NCBI GenBank assembly: GCA_050293845.1
Contig: JBNKNM010000002.1
Span: 13,161-77,160 of the forward strand
DNA: 64,000 nt
DNA from: Pseudobacteriovorax sp.
Lineage (GTDB): Bacteria > Bdellovibrionota_B > Oligoflexia > Oligoflexales > Oligoflexaceae
Direction of reading: 5' to 3'
Of this stretch, positions 17,599 to 27,755 are shown one piece after another. The notes beneath the pieces are model-generated. The model was given only the letters and a program-made list of their open reading frames with translations, had not been told where the DNA came from and searched no databases. Within the stretch, counting starts at the first letter, position 1, and every line of letters begins with the position of its first letter. The position numbers were made by a program, and so were the translations under genes.

Positions 17599-18495
17599 CT
17601 ATAGGGATATTAAAAAGGGTCCATCCTGATCAAGTCCTACAAGAAAATGAGGAGCTGTGAAGAATTTACTAATCTGGCTAGAGGGAAGTTTAAAGCGCAG
17701 GGCTTTCACCGACTGTGTTTCGGGGCGATAAATTTCCAGCACCCCATTGCTAAACAGATATTCATGAGCAGTTTTTGTAATGGAGAAGTCGACAATTTCC
17801 GCCTGAGATTTTTCCGGGATAATCTGTATGAGGGAGCCAGATGCTGAAAACACGAACAGGCGCGATCCGCATTGGTACCATGCTTTATCACTCCAAATTT
17901 TTAGATTTTCTTTTTTGCTACAATCCATTAACTTTTTCTGCGTTTTAAACTTAAAGCCGGTTAAATAAAGGCCCTTATGGTACCACCATAATCGGGATGG
18001 CGATAATTTAATGGCGGAAAAGTTGAAATCTTCAGCTTTCAGAACTTTAAACTCTTTAGCCTGCTTTTCGGCTATGGCAATAGCGTGGGAGCCCCCGACT
18101 ACCATAGTCGTTTCTGTTGCTGCGATATACCTGAGGGGAGCGATTTGGGATAAATCAAAAACGGTTGGTTTTAAAGTCTTTTCGTTGATTGTTAGCAGTG
18201 AGTTGTTTGTGTAGGTCCACAAGGTGCCAGCAAAATTCACAAGCTGACGATGATGGGGACCTATACCAATCTTCAATCTAAAGATACGTTGCTGTAACGG
18301 CTGCCATTGCCATAAATAATTCTTCCCGATGAAAAACACCATCTTCTTGTTTGAAGATAGGTATAAATCTGAAAAGGGACGGTCGCTTTTAATCAGACTT
18401 TGCTGTGAATACAGAGGGCGCATCGGACGCCCCAGCACGGGAATGCAAAACGATAATGTTAGCAAGGCTGCAATAAAAAGATGAATGGCATACAC
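17599..18495 (-). CDS. Hypothetical secreted protein (298 aa)
   Basis: N-terminal signal-like MYAIHLFIAALLTLSFCIPVLG. Its start abuts the holA stop with no gap. No motif recognised. Confidence 0.45.
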   Translation of the reverse strand: MYAIHLFIAALLTLSFCIPVLGRPMRPLYSQQSLIKSDRPFSDLYLSSNKKMVFFIGKNYLWQWQPLQQRIFRLKIGIGPHHRQLVNFAGTLWTYTNNSLLTINEKTLKPTVFDLSQIAPLRYIAATETTMVVGGSHAIAIAEKQAKEFKVLKAEDFNFSAIKLSPSRLWWYHKGLYLTGFKFKTQKKLMDCSKKENLKIWSDKAWYQCGSRLFVFSASGSLIQIIPEKSQAEIVDFSITKTAHEYLFSNGVLEIYRPETQSVKALRFKLPSSQISKFFTAPHFLVGLDQDGPFLISL

Positions 18496-19494
18496 CTATG
18501 CAGTTAGGGTCAATAGAATACGGCTTAGGACAAGGTCATGGTCGATTTTGCTTGTTTTCAACATTATATCAGCTTCGTTGCATTCCAATAAAGCGGTTTT
18601 AAATTTTTGATGCGATGACTTTTTCACATAATCTACGTATGATCTAAGAATAAACATAGGCATACGGACTACTTTTATGATGTCATTGACACCTTGATGT
18701 CTCATTAACAAAGAGTGAATTTGGAGGGATTTGCGACAGTGATGGCTCAGTATTCCTAGTAATGCCAAGGGACTCTGTCCCCGCTTTAGCAAGTCATGAA
18801 GCAATGCTTGGGCATGGCCCAACTCTTTCTGCATGATAAACTGATCGAGTTTGAAAGCGTTCTCTTCTTTTAGATAGTCAGTATATGGGGCGATTTGATC
18901 AGCTGTAATTGTGGCTCCTTGAGCCTCAGAAAAAATAAGACTGAGCTTACGAATTTCATTTTCTAAGGAGAAAAAGTCATTGCCGATGGAACTAGATAAA
19001 AACTCGGATGCAGAATCGGATAAGTTGAGCTGAAAGCGCTTCGCCAGAGCCACAATAAATCGCTTAAGCTCATAGGCGTTAGGCCCATAACAAGGGATCA
19101 TAGTGCCACCTAAGCGATCCATTTCCTTTTGCAGTGCTTTGGGAACAGTTTTGTAGTTGCTGTGCAAAAGGATCGTATTACGTATAGCTGTGCTTGCCTT
19201 TAGTATGGCGAGATTTTTGCTAAAGTCGCCTTTTTTCTCTACATTTTTTATAATGTAGAGGAGGGAAGGATCAAAAATAGAATCCTGGAAAAACATCTCA
19301 TCAAGCTCTTTTGAACCAACCTTTTCAGCGGGTAGCCTCATGCAGCTACCTTGGTATTCTTTAATGAATTTCTCTTCGGTTTTTACTTTCAGGTAATCAC
19401 AGGGGCCAAAACAGAGTGCAAACTTAGACTTTTGCTTCAGGGCATAGGACATCGACTCTTTGTAATGACCATAGGTTTGACTTGATTTTTTCAA
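18496..19494 (-). CDS. holA: DNA polymerase III delta subunit
   Basis: Size (332 aa) and layout fit HolA: LENEIRKLSLIF (nElekL.ly block), NAFKLDQFIMQKELGHAQALLHDLLKRGQSPLALLGIL (nvF.L.dai...al.il..ll..ge.p..il). Confidence 0.65.
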   Translation of the reverse strand: MKKSSQTYGHYKESMSYALKQKSKFALCFGPCDYLKVKTEEKFIKEYQGSCMRLPAEKVGSKELDEMFFQDSIFDPSLLYIIKNVEKKGDFSKNLAILKASTAIRNTILLHSNYKTVPKALQKEMDRLGGTMIPCYGPNAYELKRFIVALAKRFQLNLSDSASEFLSSSIGNDFFSLENEIRKLSLIFSEAQGATITADQIAPYTDYLKEENAFKLDQFIMQKELGHAQALLHDLLKRGQSPLALLGILSHHCRKSLQIHSLLMRHQGVNDIIKVVRMPMFILRSYVDYVKKSSHQKFKTALLECNEADIMLKTSKIDHDLVLSRILLTLTA

Positions 19495-19497
19495 CGG

Positions 19498-21066
19498 CTA
19501 TTTCCTTTTTGCCAAAACCGTGGGTGCGAGGCTAATATCAATGTTCCAGGCTTTGATCACGTTCTTTAGTTCTTTTTTAAGAGCTTGAATCTCTGCATCA
19601 ATGGAATCTCCTGAGTGGAAAAAGAGCTTCATAATGAGGGAGCCCTTTTGTAACTCCAGTTCAATTTTTTTAACTTTATTGAGTCGACTACGGTTAATAC
19701 AGCGTGATATGCGAATACAGGCTGCTAGAAAATTGATGAGGTTCACCCGACTGCGCAAATAGGGGTAGTCATCCTGCTTTGTGGTATCAGCAATCTTCTT
19801 ACGAGAAAAGCGATTAATCAAAGCGATAATGTTCCGTTCCTCGCGAGTAAAACCTAACAAGTTTGAATTGGCTAACAAATAATAACTATGCTTATGGTAG
19901 GAGGTAAAGGAGATAAATTTACCGGTTTCATTCAAAAAAGCAGCTGATTCTAAAAGGTTGCGATAGTCTGCCACATCGCGTGGCAATTTAGAGACCGGCA
20001 AAACTTTCAGGCACTGATCAAACAGCAGCATCGTCATGGCTTGGACCGATTCGGCGAATCTTCGATCGATACTGGTTTTTTTGGCAAAGCTGTTAATACT
20101 ACGCCATTGCTGATTTTCCGCATAAGAATCGAGATCAAAATGGAGACGGCTGCAGGTATCCAAAACAATGCCCTCACGGATACCGAAGGTAGAAACGGTC
20201 CAGTCTGACACTCGGAACAATTCACTGATGCTTTGGAAAATAAGTGTACCCGCTAAAACGATTTGCGATCGACGAGAGTCCAGCTCATAGTATTCTTTGA
20301 TCGCTTTAGGTGTCCTGAGGCTCACAAGTTTATCGGTAATAAGGGGTAAATCCTTGCTGGGAAACTGATAGCCATTCGGTTCCTCTAGAATTTCACCACT
20401 GGTTTCCAAGTGGTGCAGGCGACCGATGGCTTTTGCTGTACCCGAAGTGGCGAAAGCCCGCTGGATGGCAAAGTTTTTGGCATCGATGAGCAAAGGGGCC
20501 GTTCTGGTTAGAATATAGTCTTGCAGCTGATCTATAGTCTTGTCAGTAGGGCTATCCATATTAAAAAACCGCTTGGTAGCTGTGAGAGCCCCTAGCTTTA
20601 TGGAACACATGAAGAGTATCTGCTCTTTTTTGCCAATAATCACCTCAGTAGAACCACCGCCGATATCCAAGCCCAGGGTGACATCGGACTTAACTTCATG
20701 GCAATATCGCATACCTAGATAGGTAAGTCGCGCTTCCTCCAGGCCATCAATGATTTCAACCCTAAGTCCTGTGCCTTTGTATATTTTTTCAATAATCTCA
20801 GCATAGTTCTTCGTCGCACGAGTGGCCTGTGTAGCAATAACACGATATACGGGCTGATGAGGGTCGGCAATATCCCGCATGAGATTGATAGCATCCACAG
20901 CCTGGTTGATTTTTGATTGTGGCATAATCCGGTCATCATTGAGCGCCTCGCCAAAGCGTACAGATTCCTTGTGGGTATCGAGTATATCTATGTGGCCACT
21001 GCTATCGATGCGGGCAACCAATAGATGAAATGAGTTGGTACCAATATCGATGGCAGCAACATTCAT
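19498..21066 (-). CDS. ppx: Exopolyphosphatase (Ppx/GppA family)
   Basis: AAIDIGTNSFHLLVARID and LDIGGGSTE ASKHA phosphate motifs. I prefer the ATG at 21066 (MNVAAIDIG) because the track start at 21147 would overlap ppk1 by 46 nt. Confidence 0.88.
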   Translation of the reverse strand: MNVAAIDIGTNSFHLLVARIDSSGHIDILDTHKESVRFGEALNDDRIMPQSKINQAVDAINLMRDIADPHQPVYRVIATQATRATKNYAEIIEKIYKGTGLRVEIIDGLEEARLTYLGMRYCHEVKSDVTLGLDIGGGSTEVIIGKKEQILFMCSIKLGALTATKRFFNMDSPTDKTIDQLQDYILTRTAPLLIDAKNFAIQRAFATSGTAKAIGRLHHLETSGEILEEPNGYQFPSKDLPLITDKLVSLRTPKAIKEYYELDSRRSQIVLAGTLIFQSISELFRVSDWTVSTFGIREGIVLDTCSRLHFDLDSYAENQQWRSINSFAKKTSIDRRFAESVQAMTMLLFDQCLKVLPVSKLPRDVADYRNLLESAAFLNETGKFISFTSYHKHSYYLLANSNLLGFTREERNIIALINRFSRKKIADTTKQDDYPYLRSRVNLINFLAACIRISRCINRSRLNKVKKIELELQKGSLIMKLFFHSGDSIDAEIQALKKELKNVIKAWNIDISLAPTVLAKRK

Positions 21067-21101
21067 ACTTTTTTTAGTATTTAGTGGGGTTGTATCGTTA
21101 G

Positions 21102-23327
21102 CTATTTTTTTGTACCTTTCACGTTCAGAACAGATTTTGACTCCCACTTTGCAATTGGCCGTCCCCTCTCCTTAGGATTATGCCAAATCGCTTTTTCGTA
21201 GGGTAGGGACTTAATTCCCTGTTCACGGGCTATCTCAATGAGACGCTGCTGAGCGCTTAGTCGCTTTTGATGGGGCTCGGATTCAATGGGCTTATATGAC
21301 CCATCAGGAAGTAGGACGCGAGCCTTGGTATTATCCTGCCAATATGTGGACAAAATTTCATTAAGAATCCGATCTTTAATCTTCTCATCTTTTATGGGGA
21401 AAAGAATTTCGATGCGACGGTCCATGTTGCGTGGCATTAGGTCTGCGGAGCTAAGGTAAGCCTTGGCATCACCGTCATTATGAAAGTAGTAGATACGGCT
21501 GTGTTCCAAAAAGCGATCGACCAAGGAGCGTACTTCGATATTCTCACTCAAGCCTTGAATACTTGGTTTGAGGCAGCAAATGCCGCGTACCATCAGTTGT
21601 ATTTTGACCCCAGCTGAAGAAGCTTCATATAGTTTATCGATGATGGGCTTATCGACAAGAGCATTAAACTTACCGATAAATAACCCAACTTTCCCATCTT
21701 GGACATGCTCTATTTCCTGATCGAGCAGCTTGAGGATTTGATCTCGCAGCTCCAGGGGAGCAGCATAGATTACCCTGAATTTTGGTTGATAGGGTTCACG
21801 ATAGACCTGTTCGGCTGTAAAAACATTGAAGCCGGTCAGTAGGTTGAACAAGTCAGTCATATCTTGACCAAAGTCAGAGTCCGCTGTGATGAGTCCAATG
21901 TCGGTATAAAGTTTAGCCGTTGAGCTATTGTAGTTTCCTGTGGAGAGATGACAGTAACGGCCAATTGAATTGTTTTCTTGTCGTACTACAAGAGTGGCTT
22001 TGCAATGGGTTTTCAGGCCTATGAAGCCATAAACTACATTGACACCGGAGCGCTCCAGGCGTCGCGCCCAGATAATATTGTTCTTTTCATCAAATCGGGC
22101 CTTGAGCTCTACAACAGCTGTTACTTGCTTACCACTTTCTGTTGCTTCGATGAGAGCATCGATAATGGGGGAATCACCTGAGGTGCGGTAAAGGGTTTGC
22201 TTAATGGCCAGTACCTTTGGATCTCTGGCAGCCATCCGGATAAACTCGATCACTGTATAAAAGCTTTCGAAAGGATGATGGAGCAGGATATCTGATTCGC
22301 GAATGAGCGAGAAAATATTGGTGTTTTTACGAAATTGGGAGGGGATACGGGGGTTAAATGGTTCAAACTTAAGCGTATCGAGGGGAAGTTTGCATAGGGC
22401 TGTTAAGTCCATTAAACATAAAGGACCGGGGGCATGATATACGTCATTTTTATCAATATCGATACTGCGTAGCAAGAAGCTCAATAACTCTTCCGGTAGG
22501 TTATGGGAAATCTCCAATCTGACGGCCTCGGCTTGATCCCGGGCTTTTACTTGGTTTTGCACAGATTGCAGAAGGTCCACAACGTCATTTTCCAGAAGAG
22601 TAATATCCAAGTCACGTGTCACTCTAACATGACGAATATCCTTGATCTCAAAGCCTGTAAATAAGGACTCTATGTGCTGGGCTATAATGTCCTCTAATAA
22701 AATGAACCTAGAGTCGGCAATATTGACAATCCTATTGAGTACATGGGGAATTTCCACAAAGGCGATGGCTGGGTTGTCCTGGAAGCTGGCTTTCCCTGTT
22801 CTAAACTCAACTAATAGATATTGTCTGAGGTTCGTTAAAAATGGAAAAGGATGAGCGGGATCAACAGCCAAAGGTGTTAAAACAGGGTGGATGGAGGAAT
22901 AAAAGTAGGCTTCCAGCTGACTTTGTTCTGCTTTCGAAAGGTCCGAATAGGACTGGATGTGGACATTAAAAGATTTAAGCTCAGCCAATATGCTATAATA
23001 AGTCTCGTAAATTTCGTGGAGCAATAGGCTTGCGCTGTGCTTTATTCTGGCGAGAATTTCTTGATAAGGGGTTGAGTCGGGACTGTCACTGGTAGATATA
23101 TGCTCTTTTGCCGCTCTTTTTTTGCCAGCAACCCTTACCATGAAAAATTCGTCTAGATTGTTGTAAGCTATCGCGATAAATTTCATTTTCTCAAGAAGAG
23201 GTGTATCAGGTGATTGGGCCTCCTTGAGAACGCGATTGTTAAAGTTAAGCCAACTGAGTTCGCGATTGAAATATTGATTGGTCTTGTGGGAGATCAGAGT
23301 GACATCTGAGTTCATGGGCTTTTCCAT
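21102..23327 (-). CDS. ppk1: Polyphosphate kinase 1
   Basis: 741 aa with an N-terminal YFNRELSWLNFNNRVL block and a C-terminal VDRFLEHSRIYYF block typical of PPK1. The exact start (23327 or 23315) is uncertain. Confidence 0.92.
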   Translation of the reverse strand: MEKPMNSDVTLISHKTNQYFNRELSWLNFNNRVLKEAQSPDTPLLEKMKFIAIAYNNLDEFFMVRVAGKKRAAKEHISTSDSPDSTPYQEILARIKHSASLLLHEIYETYYSILAELKSFNVHIQSYSDLSKAEQSQLEAYFYSSIHPVLTPLAVDPAHPFPFLTNLRQYLLVEFRTGKASFQDNPAIAFVEIPHVLNRIVNIADSRFILLEDIIAQHIESLFTGFEIKDIRHVRVTRDLDITLLENDVVDLLQSVQNQVKARDQAEAVRLEISHNLPEELLSFLLRSIDIDKNDVYHAPGPLCLMDLTALCKLPLDTLKFEPFNPRIPSQFRKNTNIFSLIRESDILLHHPFESFYTVIEFIRMAARDPKVLAIKQTLYRTSGDSPIIDALIEATESGKQVTAVVELKARFDEKNNIIWARRLERSGVNVVYGFIGLKTHCKATLVVRQENNSIGRYCHLSTGNYNSSTAKLYTDIGLITADSDFGQDMTDLFNLLTGFNVFTAEQVYREPYQPKFRVIYAAPLELRDQILKLLDQEIEHVQDGKVGLFIGKFNALVDKPIIDKLYEASSAGVKIQLMVRGICCLKPSIQGLSENIEVRSLVDRFLEHSRIYYFHNDGDAKAYLSSADLMPRNMDRRIEILFPIKDEKIKDRILNEILSTYWQDNTKARVLLPDGSYKPIESEPHQKRLSAQQRLIEIAREQGIKSLPYEKAIWHNPKERGRPIAKWESKSVLNVKGTKK

Positions 23328-23409
23328 TCGCAGTGTAAATTAATATTATCGTCTAGGGTATGTAACCGCCCGCACATGTTCTGCCCTTGTGTTCCTATAA
23401 GGAGTTATT

Positions 23410-24792
23410 ATGAAACCGGCACTAAGAACCTGCAAATTGTTCATCATTCTATCTATCATTATCGGCTGCGATCAAGGGAAGGATGAAGTTTTAACGTCTA
23501 ATTCGACTCTCATTACAGGAACAGACCTCGAAAAGGAATACGACTTTGATCCTCAAGTGGCTAAAACCAATGACTTAGCCCTGAGTGCCTTCATTTCCCG
23601 ACGGGTCCCTAGTGGTGCCACAGATAGTGTTTCAAAAGTCTACCTTTTCAATACCCAGTCTGTGCTATCACAGTTTACCGCGGACATTCCCCAATTTTCA
23701 ACTGCAAGAGAACTCAATTTTGCCCTCAGCCCTAATGGGTTGCTGATGGCCATTTTTGCAAGAACCCCACAGGATACGGGGGAAGATGTGTCATCCTTGT
23801 CAATTATCTCCTTAGATAAAGAAAATATCACTCAAGTTAGCGGAGTAGAATCAGATGCTTGGATTGATAGCCTGGCTTTTGCTCCCGACTCGGGTGCGCT
23901 TGTCTATACTAAATGGGCAGATGCTAGCCCCAATAGCTACTATTTACCCGTAAACAGTGAAACTGGCGCTATTGGTGAAGAGTTTAAGCTAGAAAAGAAG
24001 CAGAACATCGAAGTCAGCAGCACAGAAGGGGTAGACTATGTCAAGGTCGCAGAGAAGGGTATTTATAGTGATGTAATCAGTCTACATAAGGAAAGTGGAA
24101 CAAAACTAGTTCCAGTAGAGGGTACCTTAGATTTAGCACACTCTTCTCTGCCTTCCAGACTGGGTCCCCAAGGGTTTCTTTATTTCAGTCCCTTAGCCGA
24201 AGCTACAACAAAAGACCGCCTCGGTAACTTTCAACAAAGTGAAGAAAGCTCAGGACGGGGTAAAGTATTCATTGAGCAAAAGCTAATGGTAGGAAGCCTC
24301 GGCGATCTGAGAAATGAAATTGCAGGTAGTTTGGGTTTCGAGGATGAGGGGTTTTATTCTCCTCTTCGACCAGTTAAACCTCATGATTTGGCAGCTATTG
24401 AGGATTATACCCTGGTTGCAGGTGGGGATTACTATGTCTGTGAAAAGGGTGTCCTTTATGGAACCACTTTGACCCTTATAAATCATAGCACAAAGGCTTT
24501 ATTGACTTTTATGATTGGAACCGATGATCAACGCGTTCCCACAGGCCCCAATTTAGACCCTTGTAGTACGGTTGTGCCGGCAATTAATTCCTTGCAGCTA
24601 TTCGAGCAGAGGATAGAAGCAGTCAGTTTAAAGAGGGCTGCTAATGGGGAGTTCATGATAGCGTTTGAGTCTTGGGACCGCGATGACCCAGAAATCTATC
24701 AATTTCAATTCTCTGCCGACTTTACTAGCACAGAACAAGCTAAGACAAGTTTCACCTTAAAGTCCTTTCATGCGGTTTCTAACAATTCCTAA
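23410..24792 (+). CDS. Hypothetical lipoprotein (460 aa)
   Basis: Signal peptide with lipobox SIIIGC. Segments such as LSPNGLLMAIFA and LAFAPDSGALVYT are reminiscent of beta-propeller blades. No catalytic motif. Confidence 0.5.
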   Translation: MKPALRTCKLFIILSIIIGCDQGKDEVLTSNSTLITGTDLEKEYDFDPQVAKTNDLALSAFISRRVPSGATDSVSKVYLFNTQSVLSQFTADIPQFSTARELNFALSPNGLLMAIFARTPQDTGEDVSSLSIISLDKENITQVSGVESDAWIDSLAFAPDSGALVYTKWADASPNSYYLPVNSETGAIGEEFKLEKKQNIEVSSTEGVDYVKVAEKGIYSDVISLHKESGTKLVPVEGTLDLAHSSLPSRLGPQGFLYFSPLAEATTKDRLGNFQQSEESSGRGKVFIEQKLMVGSLGDLRNEIAGSLGFEDEGFYSPLRPVKPHDLAAIEDYTLVAGGDYYVCEKGVLYGTTLTLINHSTKALLTFMIGTDDQRVPTGPNLDPCSTVVPAINSLQLFEQRIEAVSLKRAANGEFMIAFESWDRDDPEIYQFQFSADFTSTEQAKTSFTLKSFHAVSNNS

Positions 24793-25765
24793 AGAAGGAT
24801 TGAATTTTTGCCAAAGCGTCAATACAGTCATTGCCGATTTGGCTCATTAATTCTTGCTGTGATGCAAACTTTTGTTCCATGCGTATTTTTTCAAGAAAGA
24901 ACAGCTGTAGCTCTTTACCATAAAGTTCACTGCGGCTGTCAAATTCCAGTAGATGGGCCTCTATTACAGTATTCCCATCGGTATTGAAAGTAGGACGCGT
25001 TCCCACATTAATAACGCAAGAAATCAAGTCCTGATCCAAAAAATCCCTAGCATGGGCTCTTGGTTCTAGGACACAAAGTCCTGCATAGACACCTCGGGCT
25101 GGAAGGATTTGATCATGATTGACAATATTTGCCGTGGGAAATCCTATGGTTCTTCCTTTTTTACGGCCGTGGGCCACTTTACCAGCTACAAAATAGGGAC
25201 GTCCTAAATACGCTGCTGCTAGCTGCATATTACCGTCTATAATGGAATTGCGGATAGAGGTGCTGCTGATCCTCTGCCCTTGTAGTTTCTCCGCTTTCAA
25301 GGTGTGGAGCTGCATACTATTTTGCTCACAAAGCTCAGTTAACAGATCGATGTTACCCAGGCGTCCCTTGCCGAAACGAAAATTATCGCCGAGGACAAGA
25401 TGCTTTACATGGAGTTTTTCCATGAGAATATCAGTAAAGAAGCTTTTATAATCCAAAGAGGCAAAGTCCTGATTAAAATCCTGTATGATGGCAAAATTAA
25501 GATGCCCCATTCTGAATGCTGCAATTTTATCCTGAGATCTGAAAATTCTTGAGTTTTCTTGGTAGCGACTGAAAAAAACTTTTGGGCTTGGCTCAAAGGT
25601 TAAGGCACCGGCAGCACATGATTGCTGTTTGGATATACCGACAACTTTTTTGAGGAGAGCCTGATGTCCAAGGTGGCAACCATCAAAATCTCCTATGGTC
25701 AAAGCAGTTTCACGCTGTATTGACGTGTCAATAGATGCTGAATGGATGCTGTTAAATAATTTCAA
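24779..25765 (-). CDS. ribF: Bifunctional riboflavin kinase / FMN adenylyltransferase
   Basis: IGDFDGCHLGHQ nucleotidyltransferase motif and GFPTANI riboflavin kinase motif; 328 aa. Confidence 0.92.
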   Translation of the reverse strand: MKLFNSIHSASIDTSIQRETALTIGDFDGCHLGHQALLKKVVGISKQQSCAAGALTFEPSPKVFFSRYQENSRIFRSQDKIAAFRMGHLNFAIIQDFNQDFASLDYKSFFTDILMEKLHVKHLVLGDNFRFGKGRLGNIDLLTELCEQNSMQLHTLKAEKLQGQRISSTSIRNSIIDGNMQLAAAYLGRPYFVAGKVAHGRKKGRTIGFPTANIVNHDQILPARGVYAGLCVLEPRAHARDFLDQDLISCVINVGTRPTFNTDGNTVIEAHLLEFDSRSELYGKELQLFFLEKIRMEQKFASQQELMSQIGNDCIDALAKIQSFFRNC

Positions 25766-26006
25766 GTAATATTCCCCGATAGAGTTATCATTCTATTTTA
25801 GCTATTCTAGCCTTTATTTAGAGTAAGTTTTACTAGACTATCAAGTAGCTAGGACAAAAGATGATATTTTGTAGCACCTGATTATCGCGTAAGCAATGGC
25901 ACATACAGGGTTCTGTAAAATGACTTCCTAGTGATCGGACTTCATTAGCAGCGCAAGTGATAAAAGTTTGATAGACTGATAACAAGTAGTTCTTTATAGG
26001 GAGCCC

Positions 26007-26483
26007 GTGGAAGATTTGCAGCGACTGACCTTTTTTGATGGTTCGAATTTTGCTACTTTTTTAGTAGCCATTACTTTAGCCACTGTACTAGTAAGTTTAC
26101 TGAGTCAATGGATGTCTTTATGGCATGCTAAAAAGAAGCTTAAAAACAGGGGTAAGGATGGGCTATCACATGTTAAATTTAGGCTGGTCAAAGGGCATCA
26201 AGGGGAGACCCGCGTAGGATATCTGCGCTCAGTGACACCAGGCCATGCTACCCTGATTGCACCCCATGAAACGGTTCCGAAGGGTACTATATTAGAATTA
26301 AATCTCCCAGAAGTAGAGGCTGGGTTAGGTCATGTTAGCGTCAGGGGAAAGGTTACGAAGTCTCGTAGCTTAGGAGGAGAACCAGAAAACTGGCTTATTA
26401 ATATCCAGTTTTTGGAAAAAAATGAACTCAGTTCCTCTGCTATTGTCAATTATCTTAAAAATTCAAAAAGAGTCCCAGAATGA
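26007..26483 (+). CDS. Membrane-anchored protein with a possible degenerate PilZ-like domain
   Basis: One N-terminal TM (FATFLVAITLATVLVSLL), a basic stretch KKKLKNRGK, then a beta-rich segment (GYLRSVTPGHATLIAP...GTILELNL...VRGKVTKSR...INIQF) laid out like PilZ but without clean RxxxR / DxSxxG motifs. GTG start. ATGA overlap with aroE. Confidence 0.3.
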   Translation: MEDLQRLTFFDGSNFATFLVAITLATVLVSLLSQWMSLWHAKKKLKNRGKDGLSHVKFRLVKGHQGETRVGYLRSVTPGHATLIAPHETVPKGTILELNLPEVEAGLGHVSVRGKVTKSRSLGGEPENWLINIQFLEKNELSSSAIVNYLKNSKRVPE

Positions 26484-27307
26484 TCGATGGAAGGACCCGG
26501 CTTCTGGGTGTGCTCGGGAATCCTGTAAGCCACTCCCAGTCCCCACAAATTCATAATTTTGCCATCCAGCAGTTGAACATGAACCATTGCTATGTCCCCC
26601 TTCATTACCAAGGGGATGATCTGTCATCGCTACTCCGCAGCTTATGGCAACTGGGTTTTGTTGGGGTAAATGTGACTTTGCCGTATAAAGAGGCTGTTGC
26701 CGGGGTTTTATCCACTCCCCTGAATGCTGTGAATACCCTTTATCGGAGAGATGCAGATTATTGGCAGTGTCAATCCACTGATGGCATTGGCTTCATCAGA
26801 AGCGTTGCGCGTATTCTCCCATGGGAAAAGCTAGAACAGGTTGTTATCTTAGGTAACGGTGGTGCTGTCCAATCGTTAATCGCTGCTTTGCACCACGATT
26901 ACCCCCGGTTACCTTTTACTATTTTAAGAAGAAGCCCAGAAAAGGATAAACAGATTGCCACAGCCATAAGTTCTCCTATCGATTTTCGTTCCTTTACTGA
27001 AAATTCCCTTAAGGAAGCTGTCAACGGTAAGTATACTTTACTGATTCAGGGAACAAGTGCTCCCGTCTATGGTCATGACTTAAAGGAACTAGTCCCTGCC
27101 TTGCAACATCTGCAGGGAGGATATTCAGACTTATGCTACGGCTATCCATCAGCTCTTTTGGATGAAGCCAGGCGTTTGGGAATACCACATCAGGATGGTC
27201 TTGGGATGCTGATTGAGCAAGCCCGAGAAGCTCAACTGCTGTGGTGGGGAAAAACCGTTTCTTATGATCGTCTTCTCCGCCATCTGCATTCCCTTAGTCC
27301 GGCTTAA
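26480..27307 (+). CDS. aroE: Shikimate dehydrogenase
   Basis: LGVLGNPVSHSQSPQIHN, NVTLPYK and GNGGAV motifs. Confidence 0.9.
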   Translation: MIDGRTRLLGVLGNPVSHSQSPQIHNFAIQQLNMNHCYVPLHYQGDDLSSLLRSLWQLGFVGVNVTLPYKEAVAGVLSTPLNAVNTLYRRDADYWQCQSTDGIGFIRSVARILPWEKLEQVVILGNGGAVQSLIAALHHDYPRLPFTILRRSPEKDKQIATAISSPIDFRSFTENSLKEAVNGKYTLLIQGTSAPVYGHDLKELVPALQHLQGGYSDLCYGYPSALLDEARRLGIPHQDGLGMLIEQAREAQLLWWGKTVSYDRLLRHLHSLSPA

Positions 27308-27713
27308 AATACAAATATTCACCAATCAATCCCAGGGGGTCCCTAAAGTACACACTCCGGCCATCACGCCGATCATAGGGACCTTTCAATATTTCAATGT
27401 TATTGGTTTCGAGGAATGCGGTGAAACCATCAACCTCTTCTGGAGATTGGGCGTAAAATCCATAGTGATCTAGATGCTGAAATCCGGCTTTATTTTGGTA
27501 GGAGCTTTCCGCACCATGTTCTGGTTTGTTTACAGCCATGCGCGGAGTTTTCACAGCTAGCACGTCCGCCCCTGCCAAGAAAAAAAACAGCTCGCCGCGA
27601 TCTTCGATGAGTTTTAAGCCGAGAGTTTCGATAAACCAGTGTCTAGCTAAGGAAATATCTTCTACGACGATGCCCAAGTGATTAAGGCCTGTTATGGAAA
27701 AAGTTCTAGACAT
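27294..27713 (-). CDS. VOC/glyoxalase-family protein
   Basis: LNHLGIVVEDISLARHWFIETLGLKL and ...HLDHYGF... follow the paired beta-alpha-beta-beta-beta VOC pattern. Convergent 14-nt overlap with aroE. Confidence 0.7.
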   Translation of the reverse strand: MSRTFSITGLNHLGIVVEDISLARHWFIETLGLKLIEDRGELFFFLAGADVLAVKTPRMAVNKPEHGAESSYQNKAGFQHLDHYGFYAQSPEEVDGFTAFLETNNIEILKGPYDRRDGRSVYFRDPLGLIGEYLYFKPD

Positions 27714-27755
27714 TTTATCCCCCTATGGTATAGGCCCCCAAAGTTGGGGAGGTGT

